Shown here: in pieces, positions 10,204 to 20,070 of the stretch
Position numbering within the stretch: the stretch's first letter is position 1
Layout of the letters: each line of letters begins with the position of its first letter
NCBI GenBank assembly: GCA_040289885.1
Contig: PSLZ01000016.1
Location: 1,551-65,550, forward strand
Reading direction: 5' to 3'
Length of the DNA stretch: 64,000 bases
Source of the DNA: Armatimonadota bacterium
Lineage (GTDB): Bacteria; Armatimonadota; HRBIN16
Position numbers and translations under genes: made by a program
Notes under the pieces: model-generated
The model's input: the letters and a program-made list of their open reading frames with translations, nothing else
What the model was told of the DNA's origin: nothing
The model's database searches: none

Positions 10204-11925
10204 TCAGGACCGTTCACGCGGTTGAGGCATGGCGCGGTCGAAGATGCGCGCATTGGGTACACGCTGAAGAACTTTTCGGAAAGGCTTGTTTGGCCCGATC
10301 AGTATGATCACATAAGTATCCTCTGGAAAGGAAATCTCCGTTGTCAGCCGTTTCAGCAGATTCTCGGTGCGTCTTTGGCTATAATACCCGTACCATGCCA
10401 CGTGGGGAACCACCTCCAGTACATAGAGGGGTTGGTGTACCATGTGCTTTACATGCTTGCGTACCAAATATGCCGTTCGTACCTCGGCGTATGCAGCCAA
10501 CTGAGATCGAATCCCTGCCACCTGTTCGGTGGTTAAATCGTGTGGTTCAAACTGGTCCCGTGGTATCACTTTAGAACGCTCTTCTTGCGCGGCTTCCAGC
10601 TCCGCCAGATACTGCTCTGCCCTCTCGGCGTACTGCTTAGCTTGCTCGTCCAGCCCGTGTTCTCTCGCAAATTGGTACGCAGTGTATAGAGCGTTCAGTG
10701 CGGTCTGATCGTTCGACTGCATCGCGCGGTTCAGGTAGTCAAGCCCTTCGGTGTCACCGTGGTTTAGCAACAACTGCCCTAGGAGATAGTTCGCGCCAGA
10801 GTGAGCCGGAGCCTGCGTTAGCAACTGACGGAGCAAAGGTATAGCCTGCTCCTCGCTTTGCAGTTCCGCCTTCAGCTGAGCCAGTTCCCAGAGTTCCTCC
10901 TCGCAGAGATGGGTTTGTTGTGCTTTGCGTTCTAGATCGGCAATTCGCTGGCGCCCCTGCTCAACATATTGGTAGTACTGCTCCCATTCCGCTTGGACAG
11001 TCTCCCGCCACATTTGGTCCAGCGCACTTGAGAGGTGCCTGTGCAGTTCCCCCAAGAAAAAGCCAGCGGCTGTTTCGGTCAGCGGTTTGTTCAGGGCTAT
11101 CAGCGCTTCAATACATTGCTCGTCGCTCTGCTCGGCAGAAAGAATACCAAGCGCTATCAGACGCTCTCTGAAAGCAGGATGGGTATCATCTACCTCTGTT
11201 TGCATAGCCAAAGCCTGTTTCAATGCGAGTGCTGTCTGCTCTGTCCCGGGGCTTTCGCGCAGGCGTAAACCCGCTTCGGTGTAAGGGGCAACAGTGGGTC
11301 GCGGCTGTTCGTAGGCGAGCTTGGCAATACCATCCCATAGATCACGCCAGTGTCTTTCCTGAACTACCAACCGCACCAGAGCGGATGCATGGTGTAAGCC
11401 GGTCAGGCGTGCGCTAATGCGGTCTGCCTCGTACTCATGCAGGCGGCGTAGGGTGAATGTGTACGCGCTGAAGTAAGGCATATACCATTTCAGGAATATC
11501 CGGAAGATCCATGCTCCTCTATGCTTCCGTTCCTCCAGATGCTGGAGGATCTGTCCCCACGTTCTGTTCAGGCGGTAGATCCAGCTCGTGAAGCGGTTAT
11601 GCTGTCCCTCGAGGTGTCCTAGTTCATGCGCCAGTAATGCACGGAACTCTTCTGGAGATGTCGCCTGCATCAGCGGAAGTCCAACCAGCAAATAGTTCTG
11701 GTACCAACCCAGAACGCCCACCCTCGGAATCGGCGCCACCCCTGCATTGTATTCGGGTGTCACTAGCACGCGGTGAATCGGTGGGGTGTGGAGAGACTGT
11801 TGCAGGTTCTTGATGGTACGGAACAGACGCGGAGCCATCTTTGCTGTTAATTCTATCCCTTCCGGCGGTTCGATGGTTACCCGCATCGCCCGCACAAGGA
11901 TGCCCAAAAAGACCAACAGGGGCAC
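10204..11925 (-). CDS. M48-family zinc metallopeptidase with C-terminal TPR repeats (BepA/YfgC-like). The N-terminus appears frameshifted (see finding).
   Basis: HELGHLEGQH (HExxH) plus downstream E. The C-terminal half consists of TPR-like helical repeats. An upstream 68-codon membrane-anchor ORF (to 12130) lies in another frame. Confidence 0.75.
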   Translation of the reverse strand: MPLLVFLGILVRAMRVTIEPPEGIELTAKMAPRLFRTIKNLQQSLHTPPIHRVLVTPEYNAGVAPIPRVGVLGWYQNYLLVGLPLMQATSPEEFRALLAHELGHLEGQHNRFTSWIYRLNRTWGQILQHLEERKHRGAWIFRIFLKWYMPYFSAYTFTLRRLHEYEADRISARLTGLHHASALVRLVVQERHWRDLWDGIAKLAYEQPRPTVAPYTEAGLRLRESPGTEQTALALKQALAMQTEVDDTHPAFRERLIALGILSAEQSDEQCIEALIALNKPLTETAAGFFLGELHRHLSSALDQMWRETVQAEWEQYYQYVEQGRQRIADLERKAQQTHLCEEELWELAQLKAELQSEEQAIPLLRQLLTQAPAHSGANYLLGQLLLNHGDTEGLDYLNRAMQSNDQTALNALYTAYQFAREHGLDEQAKQYAERAEQYLAELEAAQEERSKVIPRDQFEPHDLTTEQVAGIRSQLAAYAEVRTAYLVRKHVKHMVHQPLYVLEVVPHVAWYGYYSQRRTENLLKRLTTEISFPEDTYVIILIGPNKPFRKVLQRVPNARIFDRAMPQPRERS

Positions 11926-12182
11926 TAACAGTTTCCATAATGACGGATGGGAGGGTTACCATCACGTAAATCACAGTGACTGTGAGTGTTAGCGTGACGG
12001 CGACCACAAGCCAGATGTAGAAGTATCCCAAACCAGCCAGCAGAGCGACCCGAAAACGGTAGGCGAAAGGATGTCGGCGCGAGTAATCTTCCAGTCGCCT
12101 CACCATCGCCTCGAATCGCTCAGGGGTCATCGCCCTTCCTAACTACCTCTCTTGCGTAGTAGCAGTGAGCGCGAGCTACCCG

Positions 12183-12866
12183 CTACCCAAAACTAGCCAA
12201 GAGGTTCGACCGCAGGAACGCCTCGGCGTAGCGGGTGCCGCGGGCGTAGCCGCGCACCTTCGCCAAGCCCTCGATGTAGTCCATCACGCCGGGCAGTACG
12301 GCAAACTGGCTTTGCTGGGTCTGCATCGCCTCCAGCTTTTTGGGCAAAAAGTCGCTGATGTCCACCAGCAGGGAGGGATGCGGAAAGAGCTCTAGCACCT
12401 CATAGTAGTATAGTTCGGGCGTATACCACGGCTCGCCAAAGTCCGCCAGCACGTTTTCATAAGCCTTCCAGCGGGCTTCGTCGGTCAACGCCGAGATGGC
12501 TCGATGGTCGCGGTGCTTGTCCTCGCTCCAGTGGGTCAGGATCACGTCTGGGCGATAGTGGCGGATCAACCGCACGCATTGCTGGTAGGTCTCGCGGTCG
12601 TTCATCACACCCTGTGTGGGCTTACCTAGGATCACGCGCTCGGTGATGCCCAGTACCTGGTCGCAGGCTTGCGCCTCTGCCTGGCGAACCTGGGCGATGC
12701 TCTCCTTCTGCTCCACGCGACTGTAGCCCGTCTCGCCCGCGCAGAAAGTGACCACGAACACCTGCTTGCCCTCTGCACTCAGACGGGCGATGGCACCTCC
12801 ACAGCCGATGATCTCATCGTCGGGATGCGCCGCGAATACCAGTACCCTGTGCCAATGCTCGATCAT
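12183..12866 (-). CDS. PIG-L/LmbE family N-acetylglucosaminyl deacetylase (BshB/MshB-like).
   Basis: N-terminal VLVFAAHPDDEIIGCGG zinc-binding motif. 227 aa. Confidence 0.8.
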   Translation of the reverse strand: MIEHWHRVLVFAAHPDDEIIGCGGAIARLSAEGKQVFVVTFCAGETGYSRVEQKESIAQVRQAEAQACDQVLGITERVILGKPTQGVMNDRETYQQCVRLIRHYRPDVILTHWSEDKHRDHRAISALTDEARWKAYENVLADFGEPWYTPELYYYEVLELFPHPSLLVDISDFLPKKLEAMQTQQSQFAVLPGVMDYIEGLAKVRGYARGTRYAEAFLRSNLLASFG

Positions 12867-12877
12867 CGCTTTGTCTC

Positions 12878-13690
12878 CTACCGGTGATGTTGGAGTTCGC
12901 GCACCACCGCTTCGGTGTCCTTCATCCAGCGGTAATTGGGTGCATCGTTGGGGATTAGGTCACGGCTCTCACCTGCCAGCGTCCACAGATAGTACACGCG
13001 CGTGCCCGGTGCGGCGGCGATGGGATGGTAGCCCCGCTTGATCAGCAGAACGGAGTTCTCTCGGATGGGATACACCTCGTCCACGTCACCTTCGGCGGTG
13101 TACAGCCGCGCCACCCCGAAACTGTCGGCAGGCTGTACTTTGAAGAAGTACACCTCCTCCTGCTTGCTCTCGACCGGTGGGCGGTGCACGTCGTGTTTGT
13201 GGGGCGGCCAGCTAGACCAGTTTCCGGGCGGGTTGATGGTCTCGCCGACCACCAGGCGCGCCGCCGGGGTGCGCTTGTCCACGATGTCCTTCACATCGCG
13301 CCGCCAGTTCCACACGCCCACATCGCGAATCACCACCTCTTCAGGGGGTATCAGCCGAGGGGGCGATTCGGCGGGCACTCGCGTTTTGCTGATAGCTACC
13401 TCCGCCTCGTCCACCACCTGGATCTCTATTGGCGTGTGGTTGGGGGCGTAGAGGCTCCACGCATTGCCGTCAAACACACTGCGCCGCCCACCTACGTTCG
13501 GGTAGGCTTGACCGTTCACCTGCAGATGACATCTGCCCGACAGGACGACCAGCACCGCCTCGTACTCCGCCGTGTCGATCTGAAAAGCGTCGCCGGCGCT
13601 TCCCTTGAACACGCCGAACTCGATATACTGCATCTCACCCCGTTCTACGAGCGCGTTGAAGCCGCGTTCCAGCGTGAAATGCTTCATCAT
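12878..13690 (-). CDS. iolB: 5-deoxy-glucuronate isomerase (IolB/KduI cupin family).
   Basis: Length (271 aa from MMKHFTLERG) and conserved blocks (WSSWPPHKHD, EVYFFK, GYHP) match the IolB family. The track ORF has a 25-codon upstream extension. Confidence 0.6.
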   Translation of the reverse strand: MMKHFTLERGFNALVERGEMQYIEFGVFKGSAGDAFQIDTAEYEAVLVVLSGRCHLQVNGQAYPNVGGRRSVFDGNAWSLYAPNHTPIEIQVVDEAEVAISKTRVPAESPPRLIPPEEVVIRDVGVWNWRRDVKDIVDKRTPAARLVVGETINPPGNWSSWPPHKHDVHRPPVESKQEEVYFFKVQPADSFGVARLYTAEGDVDEVYPIRENSVLLIKRGYHPIAAAPGTRVYYLWTLAGESRDLIPNDAPNYRWMKDTEAVVRELQHHR

Positions 13691-13798
13691 CGTCGCAAAT
13701 CCCCCTGCCGTTCTGAAGAATCCCTCGCTTTTCTTCCCGTTATGCTTCGCCTTGCGGCTCAGCACGCCCCATAGGACACGAGAAGATATCCGCTTGCT

Positions 13799-14956
13799 TT
13801 AAAACGGATTCACGGGCTCGCCGTTGCGGCGCACCTCAAAGTGCAGGTGGGGTCCTGTCGCTAATCCCGTCGCGCCCACGTAGGCGATCACCTGCCCCTG
13901 CTTGACCACCGTGCCCTCGCTGACCGCCAGCGCAGAGCAGTGGCCGTACAGGGTAGCAACTCCTCCGCCATGGTCAATGATGACCGTGTTGCCGTAGCCG
14001 CGTCGGTAACCCGCGAAAATCACCTCGCCGTCTGCAGCAGCTTTGATGGGCGTGCCGTGCGGGGCGGCGATGTCCACCCCGGTATGCATGCGGTCGACTT
14101 TCAGAATGGGGTGGTAGCGCATCCCAAAGCCGGAGACAATCGGTCCGCTGACCGGGCGGATGAACCCGCCGCGGAAGGGTTTTGCCAGCCGAGCCTGCCC
14201 CCGCGGGGTCTGCTCCATCGCGCGCAGCATGGCGGCAATCTGGCGCGACTCCTCTTCCCACTCGTCCAGCGCCTGTTCTTTCAGCTCCCGGTCACGCGCG
14301 ATGTCTTCTAGAATCTGCCGTTTGGTCTGGGTCTGTTGCTGGAGGAGCTGCGTTTGCTGTGCCAGCTCCGCCTCCAGCTGGGCGATCTCCCACGCCTGTT
14401 TGTCCAACTGTGCCTTCGCCTGTGCGACCTCTTGCTTGTCCTGCTGGATGGCGAGCACCAGGCGCGAATCCGCCCGGGCGATGCGTCCCAGCACATAAGA
14501 GCGGCTGATGAAGTCGTGTACATCGCGCGAGCCGAGCAGGACACGCACCGTGCTGGCGTTGCCCTGCTGGTACGCCACACGCACCCGACGCGCCAGTAGT
14601 TGCTGGCGGTGTTGCAGGCGCTGTTCCAGCTCCTTCAAACGGGCGGCGGTTTTGCGCTGGAGGGCACGTACGGTGTTCAATCGAGCGCGCACCACATGCA
14701 GGCGTTTGCGGGTGGTGTCCAGGCTCTGCTCGGTTGCCAGCAGGTCGGCGGTAACGGCACGTTCGCGCTTGCGGATACGACGGATCTCTGCACGCGCCTG
14801 TTGAATCTGTTTTTTAACCTGAGCCAGCTTCGCCTGTAACTGCGCTTTGTGGGCGGGGGTGGGCTTGGAAGAGTGCTGAGGCGGCGATGCTAGCACCGTG
14901 CATAACACCAGCAAAGTCACTACCCCACTAACTATCCATCCCTTGCGTAACCCCAT
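13799..14956 (-). CDS. M23/LytM-domain peptidoglycan endopeptidase with a long N-terminal coiled coil (EnvC-like FtsEX partner).
   Basis: Signal/TM MGLRKGWIVSGVVTLLVLCTVLA, a coiled coil of about 250 aa, and a C-terminal M23 domain (HTGVDIAAPHGTPIKAA...GYGNTVIIDHGGGVATLYGH). The track ORF extends upstream into ftsX. Confidence 0.8.
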   Translation of the reverse strand: MGLRKGWIVSGVVTLLVLCTVLASPPQHSSKPTPAHKAQLQAKLAQVKKQIQQARAEIRRIRKRERAVTADLLATEQSLDTTRKRLHVVRARLNTVRALQRKTAARLKELEQRLQHRQQLLARRVRVAYQQGNASTVRVLLGSRDVHDFISRSYVLGRIARADSRLVLAIQQDKQEVAQAKAQLDKQAWEIAQLEAELAQQTQLLQQQTQTKRQILEDIARDRELKEQALDEWEEESRQIAAMLRAMEQTPRGQARLAKPFRGGFIRPVSGPIVSGFGMRYHPILKVDRMHTGVDIAAPHGTPIKAAADGEVIFAGYRRGYGNTVIIDHGGGVATLYGHCSALAVSEGTVVKQGQVIAYVGATGLATGPHLHFEVRRNGEPVNPF

Positions 14957-14976
14957 GATACACCCCCTGGCGTTGC

Positions 14977-15861
14977 TTACACTGCCTGCAGGTATTTTCG
15001 GACGGAGAGCGTGCTGACCATACCCCCAATGACTGCTCCCAGTAAGCTCAATCCCAAGAACACCACCCAGAAAGGCATGGGCGAACCCCCCAGGCTGTCG
15101 ATGAAAACCAGTTTGCGCATCACGAAGTGCGAAACCATCTGAGACACCCCGAAAATCAACCCGCAGGCGATCCATGCCCCCAGCACGCCCTGCACCACTC
15201 CTTCCAGCACGAACGGCGTGCGAATAGTGCCCGATGTGGCTCCGATGAGCTGCATGATGCGTATCTCCCGCCGCCGGGCGAAGACGGTCAGACGGATCGC
15301 GTTGTAGATGATCACGCTGGTAGCGATAAGCAGAAGAAGCGTGCCTCCGATGCCGATCCAGCGCACCACCGTCGCTACCGAAAGGATGATATCCACCTCT
15401 TCTTTGGCATCACGCACGGCGTCCACCTCCGGCAGGCTCTTCAGCCACGCGCTGACCACTCCCGTACGCGATGGGTCCTTGACCTGAATGACGAAACTGT
15501 CTGGTAAGGGGTTATACGGCAGAGCGGTGGTGATCTCCTGCTGAAGCTCCTTCTGAAACTCGGGCCACGCCTGCTCTTTGGGCTTGAAGGTGACCTGCGC
15601 GATGTCGGGATGTGCCTGCAACTGCTGGTGCAGTTCCTGGGCGCGTTGGCGTGAGACGTTGTCCCTCAGGAAGACGTCGATGGCGAACTTCGGAGGCAGG
15701 CTGTTTGCCAGCCTCTCCAGCCGCCACACGATCAGCCCGAACCCACCGAACACCGCCAGTGCCAGCGCCACCGTGCCAATGGCGGCCAGCGTCATCAAGC
15801 CGTTGCGACGCAGGTTGACCAAAGCCTCCTCAATCAGAAACTCCACGTGACTAAGGTTCAT
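14977..15861 (-). CDS. ftsX: Cell division ABC transporter permease FtsX.
   Basis: N-terminus MNLSHVEFLIEEALVNLRRNGLMT, 4 TM and a periplasmic loop. It lies downstream of ftsE. Confidence 0.9.
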   Translation of the reverse strand: MNLSHVEFLIEEALVNLRRNGLMTLAAIGTVALALAVFGGFGLIVWRLERLANSLPPKFAIDVFLRDNVSRQRAQELHQQLQAHPDIAQVTFKPKEQAWPEFQKELQQEITTALPYNPLPDSFVIQVKDPSRTGVVSAWLKSLPEVDAVRDAKEEVDIILSVATVVRWIGIGGTLLLLIATSVIIYNAIRLTVFARRREIRIMQLIGATSGTIRTPFVLEGVVQGVLGAWIACGLIFGVSQMVSHFVMRKLVFIDSLGGSPMPFWVVFLGLSLLGAVIGGMVSTLSVRKYLQAV

Positions 15862-15862
15862 G

Positions 15863-15942
15863 TTAACTACGAGATGCTTCGCTGGCGCTCAGCATGACGC
15901 TGTATTGTCATTCTGAGCGAAGCGAAGAATCTCAGCCCCCCT
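15863..15942. repeat. 80-bp MITE/REP-like palindromic element inserted at the ftsE/ftsX junction. It is flanked by a 16-bp direct duplication gtgactaaggttcatg (15847-15862 and 15943-15958).
   Basis: Nested inverted repeats (gcttcgct...agcgaagc and gctcagcatgac...gtcattctgagc). The core gtcattctgagcgaagcgaagaatc recurs at 54745-54769. Confidence 0.7.
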
Positions 15943-15946
15943 GTGA

Positions 15947-16633
15947 CTAAGGTTCATGCGCGTACACCCCGAACGGAACGTCACTCACAATGGTACCCCG
16001 CTCCAGCATCACCACGCGCTTGCGCATGCGGTCAATCACATATTTATCATGGCTGGCGACCAGCACCGTCGTGCCGCGGATGTTGATGTGGCTGAGCAGT
16101 TGCATGATGTCCCACGAGGTATCGGGGTCGAGGTTACCTGTTGGCTCATCCGCGAGAAGCAGGGGCGGGTCGTTAGCGATGGCGCGGGCGATGGCAACAC
16201 GCTGTGCCTCGCCGCCTGACAGCTGCGCCGGAAAGCTATCGCATCGCCGCAACAGCCCAACCAGGTCCAGCGCGTTGGCGGTGCGCTTGCGTATCTCTTT
16301 GCGGGGCAGTCCCAGCACGCGCAGAGCGAACGCCACGTTCTCCCACACCGTCTTGTTGGGCAGTAGTCCAAAGTCTTGAAACACCACCCCCATCATGCGC
16401 CGGTAGTAGGGCAGATCGTGCGGAGGGATTTCGGCAACGTTGCGCCCTGCAACGATCACCTTGCCTCGCGTAGGGAGCACTTCGCGCGTGATGAGTTTGA
16501 GCAGGGTGGATTTGCCCGCTCCCGTCGCCCCAACCAGAAAAGCAAACTCCCCCTTCTCCACGCGCAGGTTGATGTTCCTCAGTGCGTGTACGCCGTTGGG
16601 ATATGTGACCTCTGCCTCTTGAATCTCTATCAT
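15947..16633 (-). CDS. ftsE: Cell division ATP-binding protein FtsE.
   Basis: N-terminus MIEIQEAEVTYPNGVHALRNINL, Walker A GATGAGKST, signature LSGGEAQRV and Walker B LLLADEP. The start was chosen at the internal ATG (16633). Confidence 0.9.
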   Translation of the reverse strand: MIEIQEAEVTYPNGVHALRNINLRVEKGEFAFLVGATGAGKSTLLKLITREVLPTRGKVIVAGRNVAEIPPHDLPYYRRMMGVVFQDFGLLPNKTVWENVAFALRVLGLPRKEIRKRTANALDLVGLLRRCDSFPAQLSGGEAQRVAIARAIANDPPLLLADEPTGNLDPDTSWDIMQLLSHINIRGTTVLVASHDKYVIDRMRKRVVMLERGTIVSDVPFGVYAHEP

Positions 16634-16729
16634 CACTACCCGCCTGCTATGGTATGGTTCGCAACGCAGTGGGCAAAACCCTTTCGGCAGGAACAGCAAT
16701 CGTCAATGGCGAAAGCGTAAGCAGTATTT

Positions 16730-19234
16730 GTGAAAGCAGGTGTGGGATTGAGAGCAGTCGCGATAGTGCTGGTGAGCGTGATCGCCTTGCTGGCCGGGGT
16801 CGGTGGAACGCAGGCGCAAGGATTGACGGTGGGTCAGGGCGTTTTTACCGACCGGGACGGCGGCACGCATCGCTGGCAGGTGACCCCAGCGCACAGCCTG
16901 CAGTGGGACGGAGGGCTGTATCTGCCTGCAGGGGTGTGGTTCACACCGCAATCGCTACGTGCGGACGCCACCGAAGCCGACTTCCAGCGTGACGAGCGCC
17001 TGCTAGACGCGCTGGCACAGGCGGGTATTTCCGATGTGTGCGTGGTGCCACGCGAAGCGGGCAATGTAGTCTCGGTAGAACGCTGGCAGAGGCTGGTGGA
17101 TGCGCTGGAATCGCGCAACTTTCGCTACGGCATTTCGCTGGGCGAAGCGGGATTACCCATCGCTCAAGGCTATGTGGTTGCGCCTGCGTCCAACCGCATT
17201 GCCAACATCGTGCAGGGGGGAGTGGTCGTCTTTCGCACCCCTTACGCCGACCACGCGCTGGCATTCGTGGTAGATACACACGACAACAGCGTGCTCAGCC
17301 GCTCGCGCGTGAACGTAGAGCAGGGCGTCGGTCGCCTACCACTGCAAATGGCAGAGGGCGTGCGGGCGGTGATGGTTGCGTATCCTCACCGTCCACTGGC
17401 GGATTCAGGGGGGTTCGTGCCCGACGTGTGGGAGGGCTACGATGGATGGCGCGATAGCGTTTTACAAACGCTCGGCAAGGTGCGGTTCGGGAAGGGGCTT
17501 CGCTTTTTTGCCGACCCGCTCGGTCGGTGGACACCGCCTTCGGACGATCAGGGCATTGTGCCATCGTCGGAGATGTTCCGACTGGGCTTCGAGGCGTTTC
17601 TGGCACGCAAGTACCAGACTCTGGAGAACCTGATGAGCGCATGGGCGCTCTCCGAGCGGAATCTGGAGTCTTTCGCCGACGCGGCGCGCCAGCTCGCGCT
17701 CTGGCGGGGGCAAAAGGGGCTACCTCTGCTCTATGACCTGCAAACGGGCAATCTGCGCCGGGTGGAAGCCTCCCGATGCGCCTACTGGACGGACATCAAC
17801 CAGTACCTGCGCGAGTCCCTGCAGGATTCGGCGGACCGCATGGCGGTGGTTCTGCGCTTGCATGGAGCGGATGTGCCCGTGCTGGTGGGCTGGCAGAGGT
17901 TTCATCCCGTATACGTCAGCACGCAGAACCAGCCGGGCATCGAAGGGTTGCTGGTGGTAACCGCCGAGCGCGGTTTTAACCTCGCGGTCAAAGCGATGGC
18001 GCTGGCGATGGGGCAGGCAACGGAGAGCGTGCGCCCCACGTGGCTGGTGAGCATGGTCACGCGCGACCTCAAGCAGGACTACGCAGACAGCCAGAGCCTG
18101 CACAGCGAAGCCGAGACGCTGGCTCAGGCGGGCAGTCGTGGCTGGTTCTTTCGCATCACCGAGAACACGGTGGACGTCACCGTCCTGCAGTGGCTACGCG
18201 CTTTTCAGCAGTCCGCGCAGGCACGAGCCGAATGGCAGGAGGCGCCCAAAGTGCTGTTCTTCCCGCAATCGGCTTCGGGTATCTGCGAAGTGAGGCGACT
18301 GCCTGGGGGGGGGTGGTGGCTCCCCTCCGTGCGACCGGGGGCGATCGTCAACGTCGGGCAGAACTATCGTGCCTACCAGATCAGCACGCTGGGGGGTCAG
18401 CAGTACGTGATGTGGGCGGCGGACCGGGAACGCAAGACCAGCTTTCGCCTCACCGAGCCGCGCGTGTTCACCGCACAACTGCCCGATGGCACGCCAGTGA
18501 AGGTCAGCGGCAAAGGGCGCAGTTTCTCGATGACCCTGCCCACCGTGCCCGTGGTGTTCACCAACAGCGGCACGCTGTTCCCGGTGGAGGCGGCGGAGGA
18601 CGCCGTCAACGAACTGGCGCGACTGATCAAGGTGGGTGAGTCCCGTCGCACCGATGTGGGCACGGCTCGCTTCCGCTGGCAACAGGCGCGCGACAACCTG
18701 CGGTCGGGACAGGTGTACACCGCCTACTTACTCGCCAGCGAGGCGCTGAACGAGTTGATCCAACGTCTCGCTCAGTACCTGTGGATGGAGGCAGAGACGG
18801 CAGACGAGAGCAATTTCGACGAGGTGCTGGAACGCCCGTGGGCGAGCGACGGCAAAATCGTTCGGCTGGAGAACTATAACGACCCGCCGGCGCGGGGCTA
18901 TTTCCTGCGCTACCGATTTGCGGTGAAAGAGGAAGGCAGTTACACTATGTGGGTGGCGCGCCGGGCGGAAGGCGTTTCCCCCCTGCTGTGGAGTATCGAC
19001 GACAACGCGCCCCAGCCTCCCGAAAGCAACGTGCTCGTCGGCGAGTACGGCGAAGGGTTCGGGTGGACGCGCCTGGGGACGGTCAGGCTATCGCCCGGCT
19101 TCCACACGATCGAACTGCGGGTGGTCAACCGTGTGGGCGACAGCAGTACGCCGTATGTGCAGTGGTGTGATGTGGTGCTGTTGACCGCCGAGAACCTCAT
19201 CCCGCAGGGCACTGCCAAGCCGCCGGTCAGGTAG
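16730..19234 (+). CDS. Large secreted protein of unknown function (834 aa). It may be carbohydrate-active, with a C-terminal beta-sandwich-like domain.
   Basis: GTG start and a signal peptide MKAGVGLRAVAIVLVSVIALLAGVGGTQAQG. No catalytic motif was recognised. It is followed by a DUF624-like membrane protein and a PfkB kinase. Confidence 0.5.
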   Translation: MKAGVGLRAVAIVLVSVIALLAGVGGTQAQGLTVGQGVFTDRDGGTHRWQVTPAHSLQWDGGLYLPAGVWFTPQSLRADATEADFQRDERLLDALAQAGISDVCVVPREAGNVVSVERWQRLVDALESRNFRYGISLGEAGLPIAQGYVVAPASNRIANIVQGGVVVFRTPYADHALAFVVDTHDNSVLSRSRVNVEQGVGRLPLQMAEGVRAVMVAYPHRPLADSGGFVPDVWEGYDGWRDSVLQTLGKVRFGKGLRFFADPLGRWTPPSDDQGIVPSSEMFRLGFEAFLARKYQTLENLMSAWALSERNLESFADAARQLALWRGQKGLPLLYDLQTGNLRRVEASRCAYWTDINQYLRESLQDSADRMAVVLRLHGADVPVLVGWQRFHPVYVSTQNQPGIEGLLVVTAERGFNLAVKAMALAMGQATESVRPTWLVSMVTRDLKQDYADSQSLHSEAETLAQAGSRGWFFRITENTVDVTVLQWLRAFQQSAQARAEWQEAPKVLFFPQSASGICEVRRLPGGGWWLPSVRPGAIVNVGQNYRAYQISTLGGQQYVMWAADRERKTSFRLTEPRVFTAQLPDGTPVKVSGKGRSFSMTLPTVPVVFTNSGTLFPVEAAEDAVNELARLIKVGESRRTDVGTARFRWQQARDNLRSGQVYTAYLLASEALNELIQRLAQYLWMEAETADESNFDEVLERPWASDGKIVRLENYNDPPARGYFLRYRFAVKEEGSYTMWVARRAEGVSPLLWSIDDNAPQPPESNVLVGEYGEGFGWTRLGTVRLSPGFHTIELRVVNRVGDSSTPYVQWCDVVLLTAENLIPQGTAKPPVR

Positions 19235-19242
19235 GGACACCG

Positions 19243-20031
19243 ATGCAAAAGCCCGCTTCGCCTACCATCAGTTTCTTCAGAGCTCTGCGCAACGCCACCG
19301 GTGACGCCTACGACCGATTGGGGTTGACGCTGGCTAGCAGTCTGCTCTGGTTCGCGGCATCGATGGCAGGGGTAATGGCTATCAACGCACTTGCGCGCCC
19401 TCAGCCCGCGCTGGTGACATTAGGCGCGCTGTTCGTCGGGGGCGTACTGCTCGGGGAGGCATGGCTGGGATGTGTGTATCTCGCCTACCGTATCGCCACG
19501 CGCGACGAGCCGTCCCTGCTGTGTTTTGTGGAAGCGTGGCGGAGTTTGGGGTGGAAGACCCTGTGGCTGTCGGTGATCCAGACCTTTGTGACGCTGGTCA
19601 TCCTGGCGAACATCGCGCTCTATCTGCAGAGCCCACTGATATTCCTGCGCGTGTTTGGGGTAGTGATTCTGTACGTTCTGCTGTTGTGGTTAACCGCGGT
19701 GCTGTATCAGTATCCGCTTTTGGTGGAGCATGTGTTCGGCGCGTATGTGGGCGAGCAGAGCAAGACAGGCTGGCTGAGACGGGTCTTGCGGCGGTCGTTA
19801 CTACTGACCATCGGCAATCTGCCCTTCAGCGCGGGGATGTTTGCCATCGTGGTGGCGTGGGGCATTTTCTGCTTTGTCAGCGTGGTTGGGCTTGCGCTGA
19901 TGTTTGCGGGGTTTGTTTCGTTGGCGGTTCTACACTGGACACGCGCGCTATTGGTCAACTATGGCGTCATCATCCCTCCGCCCGAGCCGGAGGTGGTGCC
20001 GGATGAGCAGTTTCGCATTCCCGACGAGTAA
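19243..20031 (+). CDS. Polytopic membrane protein, YesL/DUF624-like.
   Basis: 262 aa with 6 predicted TM. The N-terminal SFFRALRNATGDAYDRLGLTLASSLLWF resembles DUF624 (low confidence). Confidence 0.45.
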   Translation: MQKPASPTISFFRALRNATGDAYDRLGLTLASSLLWFAASMAGVMAINALARPQPALVTLGALFVGGVLLGEAWLGCVYLAYRIATRDEPSLLCFVEAWRSLGWKTLWLSVIQTFVTLVILANIALYLQSPLIFLRVFGVVILYVLLLWLTAVLYQYPLLVEHVFGAYVGEQSKTGWLRRVLRRSLLLTIGNLPFSAGMFAIVVAWGIFCFVSVVGLALMFAGFVSLAVLHWTRALLVNYGVIIPPPEPEVVPDEQFRIPDE

Positions 20032-20070
20032 CTCGTGATTGCCAATATCACACAAGGAGGGTGTAGGAGG

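Noticed and set aside
13799-15175. 458-aa version of the M23 peptidase ORF extending into ftsX
   Set aside because: The extension overlaps ftsX in another frame. The real start is the internal MGLRKGW signal peptide at 14956.
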